A stretch of DNA of 64,000 nucleotides from NCBI GenBank assembly GCA_013265495.1, contig MU059903.1, forward strand, positions 124,001 to 188,000. The letters are read 5' to 3'. The translations under genes were made by a program, and so were the position numbers. Positions 25,069 to 37,790 of the stretch are shown piece after piece. Every line of letters starts with the position of its first letter. Position 1 is the first letter of the stretch. This DNA is from Vicugna vicugna. Taxonomy: Eukaryota. The notes below the pieces were generated by a model. It did no database searches. It saw only the letters and a program-made list of their open reading frames with translations, and was not told the DNA's origin.

Positions 25069-25221
25069 CCAGCCGAGCCTCCTGGGCAGAGAAATGCAGT
25101 CCTCCCGCCTGTCCGTCCTTGAGCCCTGGGTTTGGGTTCGACCCCCAGCCGAGCCTCCTGGGCAGAGAAATGCAGTCCTCCCGCCTGTCCGTCCTTGAGC
25201 CCTGGGTTTGGGTTCGACCCC
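25069..25221 (+). repeat. Perfect two-copy 76-bp tandem duplication
   Basis: agccgagcctcctgggcagagaaatgcagtcctcccgcctgtccgtccttgagccctgggtttgggttcgacccc starts at 25071 and again at 25147 with no differences seen. Confidence 0.9.
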
Positions 25222-25248
25222 TGCCTGCCTGACCGTGTCCTCCAGCTT

Positions 25249-25381
25249 GTGGTTTTTTTTGGGGGGGGGTGGTAATTCGGTTTATTTATTTATTTATTTT
25301 TAGAGGCAGTGCTGGGGATTGAACCCAGGACCCTGTACATTCTAAGCACGCGCTCTAGCACGAGCTACATACCCCGCCCCG
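25249..25381 (-). mobile_element. Camelid tRNA-derived SINE (Vic-1-like) with 16-bp target-site duplication
   Basis: Minus strand ggggcggggtatgtagctcgtgctagagcgcgtgcttagaatgtacagggtcctgggttcaatccccagcac...(taaa)n ccgaattaccacccccccccaaaa has tRNA A/B boxes. TSD ccgtgtcctccag(c/t)tt at 25233-25248 and 25382-25397. Confidence 0.9.
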
Positions 25382-28300
25382 CCGTGTCCTCCAGTTTCAT
25401 TGTAGACATACGTCTCTCGATGTTTCCAATAGCCTCTTCCTTCTTTTCCAGCTCCCGGCCCCCACAGAGCACCCCTGTCCTGCTGCGTCTCAGGTGCTCC
25501 CGCTGCCCCTCTCCCGTCACCCCTGGTCCTCCCTGCAGCCCGGTGCCCACTTGTCGGCTGAGCTGGCCATGCTGCGTGGGGGCCACCAGCCCCTCGGGAG
25601 GCTCTTCTCCCGCTGTCCTTGGTGCTGCTCAGCCCTCCGGCCACGCGCGTCCACCCTACAGAGGTCCCACTGATCCTCTGTCTACGCAGCACACTGCAGC
25701 TCTGCACACTAGTCCCACGTCTGGTTTTTCCTGTAATTAACTCTCCTCACTTTCTCACTGGACCCTCCTCTAATGCGAGGCCCAGCTCCTCTGCCTAAAT
25801 TTTTCCTTCTCCACTTCCTGCTCACAGCGCTTTGCCCCCTTCTGGCACCTTCTCATGCTGTTCACAACAGTCTGAAAGCCTCCGATTTCAGAGAGAATGG
25901 GACTCTCTGTTCTATTTCAACATCCACTTCTGCTCATACTCTACACCAAGGCCGCTGAGAATGCCCTTGGCATAACTGCTGCGAATCAAACACCCTCATC
26001 CGAGCAGCAGTCACTAGGAAGTCCAGGGAACGCCTTCCAGCCCTTCCCGGCTGTTCCTTCTCCCATCAAATAAAAGCCTCTGTGAGGGCAGGATGATCTT
26101 CACTTATTTCGAGTCACTGAACGGGAAGACGTCTAGGCTGAAATCTTTAATGTCAGCACAACTCAGGACACCAAGTCTGGGCAGGACCAAGTGCCAGTCT
26201 GAGCAGAGACGCTCTTCTTTCCTAGCACAGCCTCTAAGCACACCCTTGCTGCTGCACTTCCTTTTATATTCGCTGAAATCAGGTTTTCACTGGAGGGAGA
26301 ATTTACCAGATTACCAGATTATACTTGAAAGTGCACAGGAAAAGTCCACCTCAGTTTACATGACAAGATGTGCCCAACGTCATGGTCTGGCTAACTGGTC
26401 TCTCCGTAATTGGCCCGAATGTAAAGGAATACAAACTTTTCAAGTACAGCGGACATGCTGAACCCAAGCCACTGACCGGGGAAGCCAACCATCAACACTG
26501 TGCTCACGGTACGTGAGGAGAGAGGCAGCCACACTCTGGCTGGGGGTAACCTGGAACTTAGATCCTAACTTAGGTTCCAAACGGTGAAGTCGCATTGTTC
26601 TGACGCACAGGCTGTGGGAAAGCAAAGCAGTGGGACAGGTTCTAAGTTTCTGTTTATTCTGACCTCCGCAGATTGCACACTGACCGTGTGCAGCCTGGCT
26701 CATCCCCCGACTGACCAACTACGTGATCCCTAGTGTTAGGTGGTTAGACAGGTGGGGGCACTGGGCAGATAAGGTGGAGGGGAGGGAGGAGGGCCCAGAA
26801 GACGGCAGTGTGCCCGCCTCCAGCATAAAGCAACTTTACTTCCTCTAAGTGAGCGCCAGCGAGAAACCCGTTAGAACCCGACAGCCACAACCGCGCAGCA
26901 GCAACAAGGACCTAACCGACCGTGACCCAGCGCTCACTGTAATATGGCCAGCATTGCGGCGTAGGCCCCCCAGGGGTCTCCTGTGGGCATCATGGGTGAG
27001 GACATGCAGAAAGGGGGACGGGCATGACTGAGGGTTCCAGGGACAGGGGCCATCAGTCATTCAAGAGGCCACCTCTAAGCGAGGGCATAAGAGGAGGGAC
27101 AGAGACCACTGCCACCGCCCTCGGATCAGCCCGCCGGCTCTCGGAGATGCGCTCTCCCTTTGCCAGGAAGTCCTCTCAAATCGTTCACTACACAACGCTG
27201 TCTCCCACCTGAATTCTTCTCCTTCAAGTATGACAAGAACTGGAGCCTCTTCCCTCCTCTGGGGTGACCCTGGTCGGACAGCATCATCGGTTTCCTCTTC
27301 ACACCCGTCAGAACGGCTCTCCTCAGTCAAAGACGGCACGTAACCGTGAAACAGAGAGCCACCTCCAAAACCTGGAACAGGTCACTGAAAGTGGGGCACC
27401 AGAGCTCCACACAGAACAGCCAGCCTCTGGGCGGGGCGCCAGCAAGCCGCCCTCGCCGCCGCCGGGACGTCTGCCGCCCGAGTCAGATGGCTCCTCAGGC
27501 TCGCGCCGTCCGCAAGTCAGCCCTCGCCGCCTCTCACCCCGAAGCAGCTCACCCTGGGGTGAAGCCGATGACGGCCGAGTCCTCAGCCGGCGCCCCTCCC
27601 AGGGCAGCTGAAGGAGGAGGGCGAGGTCACGCCGCAAGGGGACCCCAGGGAGCGGCTCACCACCCGTGAGCGGGAACGCCCACAGCGCGGGTGCCCTGCG
27701 CCTGCCGCGACTCGCGTGCGCTCACACAGCTGCCATCTGAGGAGATCACGCACCGATACCCGCTGCTGGGACGCAAGGGTGAAGTGACTCTGAAACGCCC
27801 GTGACAGCGCGCGTCTCGGGAAGCCGCCCGCGCCTGGGCAGCTGGTCGCCTGCACTGTGACGGGGCCTCCAGGGAGACACCTGTTGTCAGCTGTGTTCAC
27901 TCCTCAGTTTCCTGGCAAAAAACCTCATTACAACAGCTGGGATACACGGACGGCTGAACAACATGGTGTAACATGGTGCAGATTTATCTCCAACTGACGT
28001 AGCTGTAAAGACCCCATGTGAGTGACTGAGCTCCAGGGCAGAGGAAAAGCTCAGCACCACGAGCACACCCCTCGCGTGAGCTCCACGCTGCGGACGGGGC
28101 GGGGGCAGCGCGCCCCCTTCCCTGCCAGAAGGTGCTTCACGCGCTCGCGGGTAAGCACGGCCCCCAGCCGCCTGCCTCGTCTGAGCGAGTGGAAGGTGAG
28201 CCTGGGGCACACGGTATGCGCCTCATGAACATCGTTCCTGAGTGGTGGTTCTCAAAAGGACGAAAGCAGAGCAGACGGCCCCCGCGCCCGCGAGTCCACA

Positions 28301-31300
28301 CAGATACACTGAGCAAGCGGATAAATGGTTACACCGGGGGCACGAGACAGCTCTCCCGGCAGAGGGGCGGGAGAGAATTCATGTCACCTGTGCGGCCGCT
28401 TCACCCTCAGGGGGCAGCACGGGCCTCCCCTCCCTGGAGTGTGGCTGGCTCCCTTCCGAAGAGGATATGTGGCAAGACGGTCACTTCATGGTAGAAATAC
28501 GTGACCTTCACACCTCAGCCAGGTGACGGGGGGCTGACGCCCCATGGAGCTGGTGCAGGGTGACAGACTCCGCTGTGATGCGACGGGTGAGAAAGAGAGA
28601 CTTGGTAAACGGGTCTGGAGGAGTCACTTTTGTAAGGAGACAATAAAGGCAGAATTTGGCGAGGACTAGGCTAGGAAGACAGGCCCTGCATGTCCCCAAG
28701 CCCGTGCCCCCTCTGGGGCCCTGGTGGGGCCTTTGCGGAGGGGACGCAGGAGTCCAGCCCTGACCCCCACACCTGTCACTTGTAAGTTGCAGCCTGTTGG
28801 TTACAAAGGCAGAAAGATAAGACTTAATCTCTTTAGACAAAGAAAAACAGGTTTTCTCACGTACTGGGTAATTTACCTTAAAAAAACTACACACTAAAGG
28901 CAGGAGCCGTTCCACACCCGGACGACGATGCGCAGGGTGATCTGTCGTGTGTAACTGGTTCCAGACTGCCCCTCCAGCGACAAGTGTTTAAGAGCCGCCT
29001 GATGCAATCGCCTGACTGTGCTCAGAGTGCGAAGAGAAAAGACGAGACAGCGGCGACGTCTGCTCTGAACGTGAGCGGGTCTCTTCCAGCGTCTCCTCCC
29101 CCGAGTGGCCCGGCCAAGCCGAGCACCGAGGAGTGACCCACAACGCCGTCGCCACCTCACGCCTCGGCCAGCCCTCAGTTAAGACTTCTGCGGAGACGTC
29201 AGAATCATTTCGCTATACGCAGATCCGATGTTAAAGGGTTTCAAATATCGTTATTTTTCTCCCTGTGCTGAACCTTGCGTGTTAACATTCAGGCGGGAGC
29301 AGTTCACAATTGCACGGAATGAGAATGCTCACCAGTAGCTCAGTGGGGGGCTGAGTATAAGTAACTGCCAGTCAGCAGGAGGGCCCATTGTGAGCCCAGA
29401 CAGCCTGAGCAGCCCCGATGGGGCCCCGTCACTCCCGCTCGGCTGGGCCTGGAGCAAGTGCGGGGAGGGGAGGCCGGGGCCCGGCGCGGGGCGGGCGAGG
29501 GGGGAGGGGGAGGGGAGGCGCATGGAGGCCCGGCAGCTTCTGGGACAGGTGCCCCCACCTCACCACCCCCAGAGCCATGGCGAACAGGGTGGCCCCGCAC
29601 AGGCAGGTGTGCCTTGGAGAGTCAGCGCAGGGACAGGCCTATTTAACCGGGGGCCGCATGTGTTTGATGCTTGTCGGAGTGGCCAGCTGTCCCCAGGCCG
29701 AGGCCAGCTGCCGGGAGGCCGGCCGTGCCCTCACACACAGGCGCTGTCTGCTCTCTGCTGCATCGCAGGCGCGCTGTGGGCACCTCCCCTGGCAGTTTTC
29801 ATGCAGGGCTCACGGTTGCCCAACTTTGCTTAGGAAGGAACGGGCAGGCCCTGGACATGGTGGCGGCCATCTCTGTGACAACGACATGCTGGTGCCTTTC
29901 TGGGGAGCATTCCACACCAGTTTAGCAGCCCCGTCATGTCGCTGTGGGGTGCACCCCGCATCCTGTGCTCCTACTGGGCCGCTCCCCCAAACACACGAGA
30001 CGTCTGAGCACAGAGGAGAGCTGGACGCCCGCCTCCCCAGTGACAGCGCTGACAGCGGCCGCAGGAGTTTCTGCTGGATATGACGCACGTCATCTGAGCA
30101 GCCGCCCCAAGGAGATACCTTGAAATCAGCAGGGCCTGGGGAGAGGGAGGAGGTCTGGGGAGACTGGAGGGGGATGTCGGGAGGGACCGAACGGTGGGAA
30201 AGGGCCAGGGAGACACGAAGGGGGCGAAAGCAGAACGCCGCACAGAGCCCGCCCGGGGCCGGACGCCGGGCGCTGACAGCACGGGAGGCAGCCCGATGAC
30301 AAACAGGACGAGGCAGCACCGGGTTCTGCTCCCTCCCGGGTACACTCTTGACAGAACGCCTCCCCCAAGGAGCCGAAGGATGAGAAATACACACTGATTC
30401 TGAAAGGCTCTGGGAAACGTGTGAGCGACGGAGTCTTGATCCGTCACCCAAACCACAGCAGCCAAAGCGCTCGGTGCTGTCGAGCAGGGCTCTTTCCTGG
30501 ACGCTCAGCACTGGAGGCAGGCTCCCCAAGGCGCCTAGGGTGGAGGCGGCTGGGAGGGGGCTCCAACAGCGGCTCAGATTGCCAGTCTGTGTCCCCGATG
30601 GCTCCTCCTCGGTGGACAAGCACGTCCTGCAGCCCGAGCTGGACAGGCAGAGGTGACACAGACAGTCTCATCCCCATGGGGCTCCTGTTCAGAGCCAGGC
30701 TGCCGATGTTGGCCGCCATAAGACACGAGCTTCACTTGGAATTAATTACGTTTCAATTAGATTAAAAATCCGTCCCTCGTTTTTACCAGCTCATCTGTGT
30801 GCTCAGTTGCCAGTGGGTGAGCGTTTCCATAACCCCCACGAGTCCTGGCGGAGGGGCTGCGTGAGCGCCCGCGTGTGTGGGTGCCAGCGTGCCGTGGTTG
30901 GTGTGATGCACACTGTGCCCGGCACACGTGTGGGCACGTGCATTGGTGCGTGCGTGAGGAAAAGCAGAGGCAGTCTACAGGCTTATCTGGACTCGGGCTG
31001 AGCAGAGAGAAGAAGGAAAAACAGGCCGTCTTTCGAGGGGTGGAAAGCATGGCATGTGCCCCCGCCCCAATCCCTGCTCTGACCAGGTGGGCCCTGGAAC
31101 CTAACCCGGCAGGTGCAGCCAGGGTGAGTCTCTGCATGACCTGTAAGAGGCAACATCACGGCAGAGACTGCGATCTGAGGGGAAAAGCCCCCTCGGCCGG
31201 GCGCCAGGCTCGCAGATCTGGGTGCGCGTGTGCTGGGCGCCGACCCCTCTCCTAGGTGATGCCCTCCAGCACCGCTGGTTGTCTTCACCTTGAACAGACC

Positions 31301-32049
31301 CCGTCCGGCGCGGAGATGGGCGTCTGGGCTCATGGCCACTTCCCTGTCTCACGGGGGTAAACCCTCCTGACGCCGCTCTGTTCTGGGGTGCAAAGTACAA
31401 CTTAACATCGTTGTGACACCTCCGAAATAAGAAATATGTTGCCTCTCATTTTATCAGATGCTCACTAATTAATCCGCTCCAGAAGCCGCCCCAGTGGCCG
31501 TGCCAGGAGGCAGGGGCGGAGGGCTGTGGGTCCTGTCTGCCAGCTGGCAGTCCGCCAGCCACGGCTCAACTCTCAGCGACGGGAAGACAACCTGAGAAAT
31601 CTCCATGCGCTGTTTTCACCCCGGCCCCCAGGGGAGCCGCTTTCCGTGATCACTTTACTGCGACGTTCCAACCAAGCACACACACGCAAGCACCCCCGAA
31701 TCTGCACGCGGGCCACGCCCACGGGCACACACACGCACACAGCGCCGCTGGGTAAGGGCACGGTCTCATTCTAACAAAGTCATCTGTGCGGTGCTCAGCT
31801 GCGGCTCTGGGAAAACCCATCGGCACCAACAGAGCAGATAACGATTCCAAAATAACCGTCCTGGGAAAAGGCGGCACACGCTCTGGAATGGTTCCTGTGG
31901 TTCTCGTCCCCCTCCTGGCCCTCAGCACACGCATGAGATTTGGCAGTAAACAGCGTTGTTTTTCTGTGCTTGCACCTAAGACGTGCACGTGTCTTGTCCT
32001 CCTGCAGGGACAGCGAATGGCGTAGACACTGACACCCCAGGACTGTGTC

Positions 32050-32160
32050 GGTTCCAGAGCCAAAGGGCTCTGGTCCAGTTCTGACTTGTCACTGCCCTCT
32101 GTGTGACCTCTGGAAGGTCGTTTAGCCTCCTGGAACCTCAGCATCCTCGCCTGTGGGTCG
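32050..32160 (+). mobile_element. MIR fragment
   Basis: ctgtgtgacctctggaaggtcgtttagcctcctggaacctcagcatcctcgcctgt resembles MIR ctgtgtgaccttgggcaagttacttaacctctctgtgcctcagtttcctcatctgt. Confidence 0.6.
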
Positions 32161-33890
32161 GGGAGGAGGAGGACGCCACTCCCAGAGCTGTGAGGAGGAT
32201 ACAGGGAGCCGAGGGACGCCAAGCAAAGGTGGGTCCCCGGCGGTCATCGCCCAGCACGTTGCGCTCGTCACCACGTCAGGGCAGAGCCTCCATCTTACAC
32301 TTTCCACGTCATCAGTGTCACTTCGCAGCTGCACTGAATTTATAACACATGCTTTAGAATTATTTAGCTTTAAGTAGGTTTTACATTGGTGTCTGATTTT
32401 GGATGCAATCTGAATATTGAACGACCTGTCCAGCTCCTGTCTCCATGGACACACCGTGTTTCAAACACACCGAACGGCACACGCTTTTCCTTCTACCTCG
32501 AAAGACCTTCCAAGCCGTCCCCGCCTGAACACCCAGCTCTAAGGCAGCTTCCTCGGTGAAGTGGCCCGAGGACCCCGCGCAGCAGGGACAGCTCCCTCTG
32601 CAGCACAGCAGAGCTCGCCCCACCGCTTCACACCACAAGCCACGCGCACGTCGGGGGCGCACCATCTCCACTGACATGTCTTCACTGCCCTGCAGACTGG
32701 AAAGCCCTGAACCACGAATGGCAACCCCCAGCGGACCCCTGGGAAACGCTCTGAACAACCGAGATGGAAAAGAAAGTTCAGTGCAGGCACCGCAGCAGCC
32801 AACCGGCGACACCGTGGGGAGCCGGGCCTGCCCCCCGCCCCGCCTGGCCCCCTCCCTGTCCCACAGCCCCTCGGAGGCCCGGCTTGCCTGCCTGGCCTTC
32901 CAAATGCAACACCTCGCAGGGCACCTTTGTTACCTAGGGGTCTGCAGATTTTCAGGAATGTACAGAGGGGTGTTCAAGCCCTCCACAGGGAGCAGAACGT
33001 GGGGCAGTAACTTCTGCTGAAAACGAAGTTACTAAGAACTGGCAGCAAACAGGAGAAATTAACCACACAGAGGGAAGCGGCCTCAAGGGACGAGGCCACG
33101 CACGCGCTGTTTGCTGACCTCCTTCCCTGCAGACCCGGACTGGGTGTTTACGCTTCAGAGCCTTTGCTTAGCGCAGGGCAGACGGAGCCGGGAGGCAGCC
33201 AGCTCCTGCCCCGAGGAGACCACGGTCCATCGAGAGACGAACAAAGCCCCCCAGCCCAGTATCTGCACCTCTGGATTCAGGACGTTCTGGACGCTGAAGC
33301 TCTGCCATTGCTGTCACCGGGCGGCAGGTGACAGGCCACCAGCTCCCGGGCAGCAGGACCTCAGCTGAGACGTGGGGCTATCTACTGTCTTTACCTACTA
33401 AGTGCGAATACTCACACATTTTACTGCAGAAGAGCGATGTGTTTGATTACAAAGTGCTGCCCAGACACTGCGACACGTGTACAGCACACAGACGTATTAT
33501 CACTCTGAAACCTAAAACGCGTGCTTACAACCCCGACGGCGGCAGGCACACGGCAGGGAGCGGCTGCAGCTCAGCCACCCACGGGCCTCGGGGCGCCGCA
33601 GGTGAGGAAGCCGGCCCCACAGGGGTCTGTGATCATACTGCCCCACTAAGCGTCTCGGGGCTGCAGCTGCAGAGCCGCACTTAGATGCAGGCGTCCCGCC
33701 ATCCAGGACAGAGTCTCAGTGTTTACGGAGGAAGGAAACCAAATCTGAACTTTAATTCAAGTAACTCAAGGACACGCCGTCTTCTCTTCTGTTGGACCAG
33801 AATGACTGGGTGAGGGCCACCCAGGTGGTGACCTCGTTCTGGGATCTGGGTCCTCGAATTCCAGGAACTGAGAACCTGAGAGCCCACCAC

Positions 33891-34290
33891 TGTGGGCTGA
33901 ATTGTGTCCCTGAAAGACAGGTGGAGTCCCGGCCCCTGGACCTCAGAACATGACCTTATTTGAAGGAGGGTCTCGGCAGACGTAGGGAGTGAAGATGAGG
34001 TCACACTGGGGTAGGCGGGGCCCTTCCTCCAACATGACCGGTGTCCTCATAACAGGAGACACAAGATGCAGACGCAGGGAGCAAAGAGCCTGTGTGGACA
34101 GACAGACGGGTTGATGCTCCATGAGCCGGGGAGCACCCGAAGCCGTGGGAGAGGCCTGGAACGTCCTCCCTCAGAGCCCCGGGCAGCACCCACCCTGCTG
34201 ACACCTGCTTCCAGAACCGTGAGAGAGGACATTTCTGCTGTTCTAAGCCACCCAGTTTGTGAGACTTTGTATGGTGGCCAGGAAACACCA
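33891..34290 (+). mobile_element. MLT1 (A-D-like) solo LTR
   Basis: Begins tgtgggctgaattgtgtccc; contains catgaccttatttgaa, gatgaggtcacactgg, ccagaaccgtgagagaggacatttctgctgttctaagccacccagtttgtg. Confidence 0.85.
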
Positions 34291-34870
34291 ACTCCTAGGG
34301 CCTCCATGAAGCCATGTAGTGACGGGAAGGCTGCCTGAGCAGGCCCCGTGGGGTCTTCTGGAACCCCTCCTCCACCCACACCTTCAGGACGGGGGTCTGA
34401 GTTCTGGGGGCATCGCTTATTCAGACGTGGCAGCTGTGGATGGGCGGCCCCCTGCTCCAGGACAACAGGCCCCTCACGACAGCAGGGTGACCACGTGGAT
34501 GGAGGGGACAAAGGACACCACCAAGCGGGTGTTGGGCGCCGAGCAGGAAGCACTCTGTCCCCAGTCGGCAGCCACTCCTCCTGTGACCCCGCAGGCAGGG
34601 GACCACGGCCCAGCCAGCGGGCTGAGCTCCGCTTCACAGAGGAGCTGCTTGCAAACATCTCATGGGGGGTGTCTGGGTGCAAAGGCCCAGTGTTCTCCCC
34701 ACGACACCAGAGCCGGCCTGGCCAACGCGAGTCTGGGGCTGTGGGCCAGGCCTCAGCCCAGCCTTGGCGGCTCTTGGACCTGCAGAGGTCACATGACCCC
34801 TTCCTTTCTCTGCTGGGCCCAAACCACAGGCAAGCTTTGTCACTGCCTTTCTGTGGTTCCCGACGCATCA

Positions 34871-34955
34871 ACACACACACACACACACACATGCACACAC
34901 TAACACATGCACACACGCCAACACACAGCAACGCACACACGGGCGCACACGCGCT
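34871..34955 (+). repeat. (AC)n microsatellite with degenerate CA-rich flank
   Basis: (ac)10 followed by atgcacacactaacacatgcacacacgc. Confidence 0.9.
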
Positions 34956-37574
34956 CCGGGAACAGCATCGCCCGCTACAGCACAAGGCCTCACTCATCCT
35001 GATGAGCTGAGTGCCTGGCGCTGGGGCACTGGGAACCGAGACCCTGAATGAGGACAGAATCTGAGGACACTCAGTGACAAGGGCTCCCAGTCCTAGAGCT
35101 AAACCCACAGGAGAAGGTAATCCCACTTCAGTCAGGAGTCATTAAAGGAAAAACGTATCAACACCATTCCTTGTTTGTCCAACAAGTCGCAGGGTCCATC
35201 AGCCTCTTGGAGTCAAGTTTTGGCAAGTTCACGGCAGGAAGGAGGCCCTGCCCACCGTTCCCACGGCCCCGGCTGGGAAGAATGACTTCATCCCATCTGA
35301 ACGCTGGCAAGGTCAAGACGTCATTATTTTCTGGGAAATCAATACACTTTGCAGGGCACTCACAGCCTCTGCAAGCAATTTAATCACAGGCCCCGTGCGC
35401 CGGTTCATCTGCTGGGAGGAGCCCGCGGACCATGTGCCTGTCCTGGGTTACAAAACCACTCTGACATCCAGACATGACCGTCCTGATAAAAGTCGCTCTC
35501 ATTACCATTCTGTCAGGTTTCCTGGAACAGTCACATGCCTTTAAAAGCAGAAATTCAGCTTGGGGAAGCATGACTCTCGCGCGTCTGCTCTAACGTGCGG
35601 GAGCACGCGCGCCACGCCAGGCGTGCAGGACGTCTGGCTAACAACCCTGCCACACACGCGCTGTGACTGCGGCGCTGTTTTCCAAGTTGTCAGGGTAAAG
35701 ATGCAGTTCACAATAAAATTAATGTAACTCTAATTTAACATTTCCTTCATGATTCGCAAGGCTCTTCAGAACCTGCGCGCCTCTGTTACCAGCCTGCGGG
35801 GCAGCATCACTGTCCTCTACGGAGGAACAGAAGTGCCAGCGAACCGACGTTTCGCCTCCTGGATCACTAAATCCACCTTTTTCCCCTTAATGTAGCTCAA
35901 GAAGTGTCAGCATGAGTGGCCACTAGGAACCGTTTACTCCACGGCTTGGTTATCTAGTCACACTTATTTTCAAGGCTTAGAAAGGAACGAAGCAGAGCTG
36001 AGGACAAAACGTGCAGAGGACGCGGCCTGGGGGCCGGGCGAGGCAGGCGCTGCGTGGAAGGCCGCGAGTTCCCTTAAGACGACACGCTATTCTCTAAGGG
36101 GAGTTTCCCCGGAGAAAGGACACAACACGGGGCCCCAGATCACAAGGCTCTTCATTCCTCGTTTCTGACTCTGATGTTGCTTTGCTGATTTTTGTCAGAC
36201 AAGCTACTGAGGGCCTCAGGGCCCCCGTCCTGTGGCAACAACTCTCAGCCATCTCAGGAGATGACTGCGTGCCGCCGCCCGCACCGGGAGGGCTGACGGC
36301 CTGCCTGCTGGCCCGGTCACTGCGCACGGTGGCCCCGGGCCCCACGGCGGGGCAGTCCCGGGCAGCTTGCTTCCCGTGGGCCTGAGTCCTGCAGCAGCCA
36401 CAGGGGACACCCACGTGTGCGCCCCTCTTCCCACTCCTCCACGGAGATGCACGCATCTCCCAGCGGTGGCCCTGAGCCGTGGGTGTTAAGAAATTGATTA
36501 CAGCTTCAACGGGGTGAGCAGTGTGAGCGTGCTGTGTGGGACACGGGTCCGCTCATCCCTCGTGGAGAAGGCCCTGCACGTGGAACGAGCTGGGGGGTCA
36601 GAGAGAAGCCTGCCAGGCCCACGGGCGCCCTGCCTCAGCCTCTGGCACCGCGGGTATCTGGCCCAGCCAGCCTGGAGGGCAAGACAATTAAGTTTGGGGA
36701 GCACATGCAGACGAAAAGCACTCTATAAATGCAAAGCGTCACTGTTACACGCAAGAAGGAAGGGTAAAAACGATGAACGCTAAAAAAGAAATCCCCGCAC
36801 GATAAAAAGCACCAGGGCAGAGCAGAAGGAGAAAATGATCTCATGCTGAAGTTTAAAAAGCCCCCCCCAAAAAATGGCGAGAAAGCCATGCTCAGCAACG
36901 AGAGGAAGGCTCCAGGAAGCGTGAGGATCAACTGTGCAACTTGTCACGACTGGAGAGTGGCGGCCCCGAGTTAGCCGGGACGCTGGAGCACAGCGGCGCG
37001 CGGTCATCCCTCAGAGGGCAGCGAGGACTGTCCCTCCCCGTTCGCGCAGGGGCTGGAGCAGAGCCGTGTCACGCACACGCTTCCCCAGGCAGGAGCGGGG
37101 AGGCGAGGGGGATCGGACTCGTGTCAACACAGGTGGTCAGGAAATGCGCGTCTTTGAGGGGCCGACGTACCACCCGTCCGCCTGCAGACCCTGCAGAGAA
37201 GGACCCGGGAAACTGAAAGGCGGTGCTTTCAGAAATGATCGGGAAACGTATTTACAGTCAGGGCTTCACGAGAAAGGTAAGGCACACGGGTCTGCTGGTT
37301 TCCTGGTGGACAGAAATGATGTTGTTTTGGTGCTCTCTCCTGCCAGGTGGGCACTCAGAGGAGTACAAACACACGCGTGCATAAGCACACACGGCAACCT
37401 GCTGGAGCCAAGTTTCTGCAGCGTCCGCTCAGCGGTGCTTCTTGCCGCAGCTACAAGTCGTCTCAGGGAGACTGGACTTGTTCACCTGCTGACCGGAAAC
37501 CACGGGCAACTGCAATGCTCCCAGAACACTCCTCTAGTGCCTTATCCACAGAATGCCGCTTAATCAACTTTTGT

Positions 37575-37790
37575 TGGTTTTTCTTTTTCAATTTTATTTT
37601 TTACTGAAGTGTAGTTGATTAACAACGTCAGTTTCAGGTGTACAGCAGAGCAATTCGGTTATACAAACAGATACATACAAATACAGACTCTTTTCCATTA
37701 CAGCTCATCACGAGAAACTGAATACAGTTCCCTGCGCTGTGCAGTCGGGCCTTGCTGTCTGTCTGTTTTATATACAGTAGTGTCAGTCTG
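37575..37790 (-). mobile_element. L1 3'-end fragment (cetartiodactyl type)
   Basis: ttttactgaagtgtagttgattaacaacgtcagtttcaggtgtacagcagagcaattcggttatac...gaatacagttccctgcgctgtgcagtcgggcc is the antisense L1 tail. Confidence 0.85.

Noticed and set aside
25290-25381. tRNA gene
   Set aside because: The tRNA-like head belongs to a SINE with an A-rich tail and TSDs.
34047-35126. 359-aa minus-strand ORF
   Set aside because: It runs through a (CA)n repeat and an MLT1 LTR, has low-complexity composition and shows no recognisable domain; chance ORF in GC-rich DNA.
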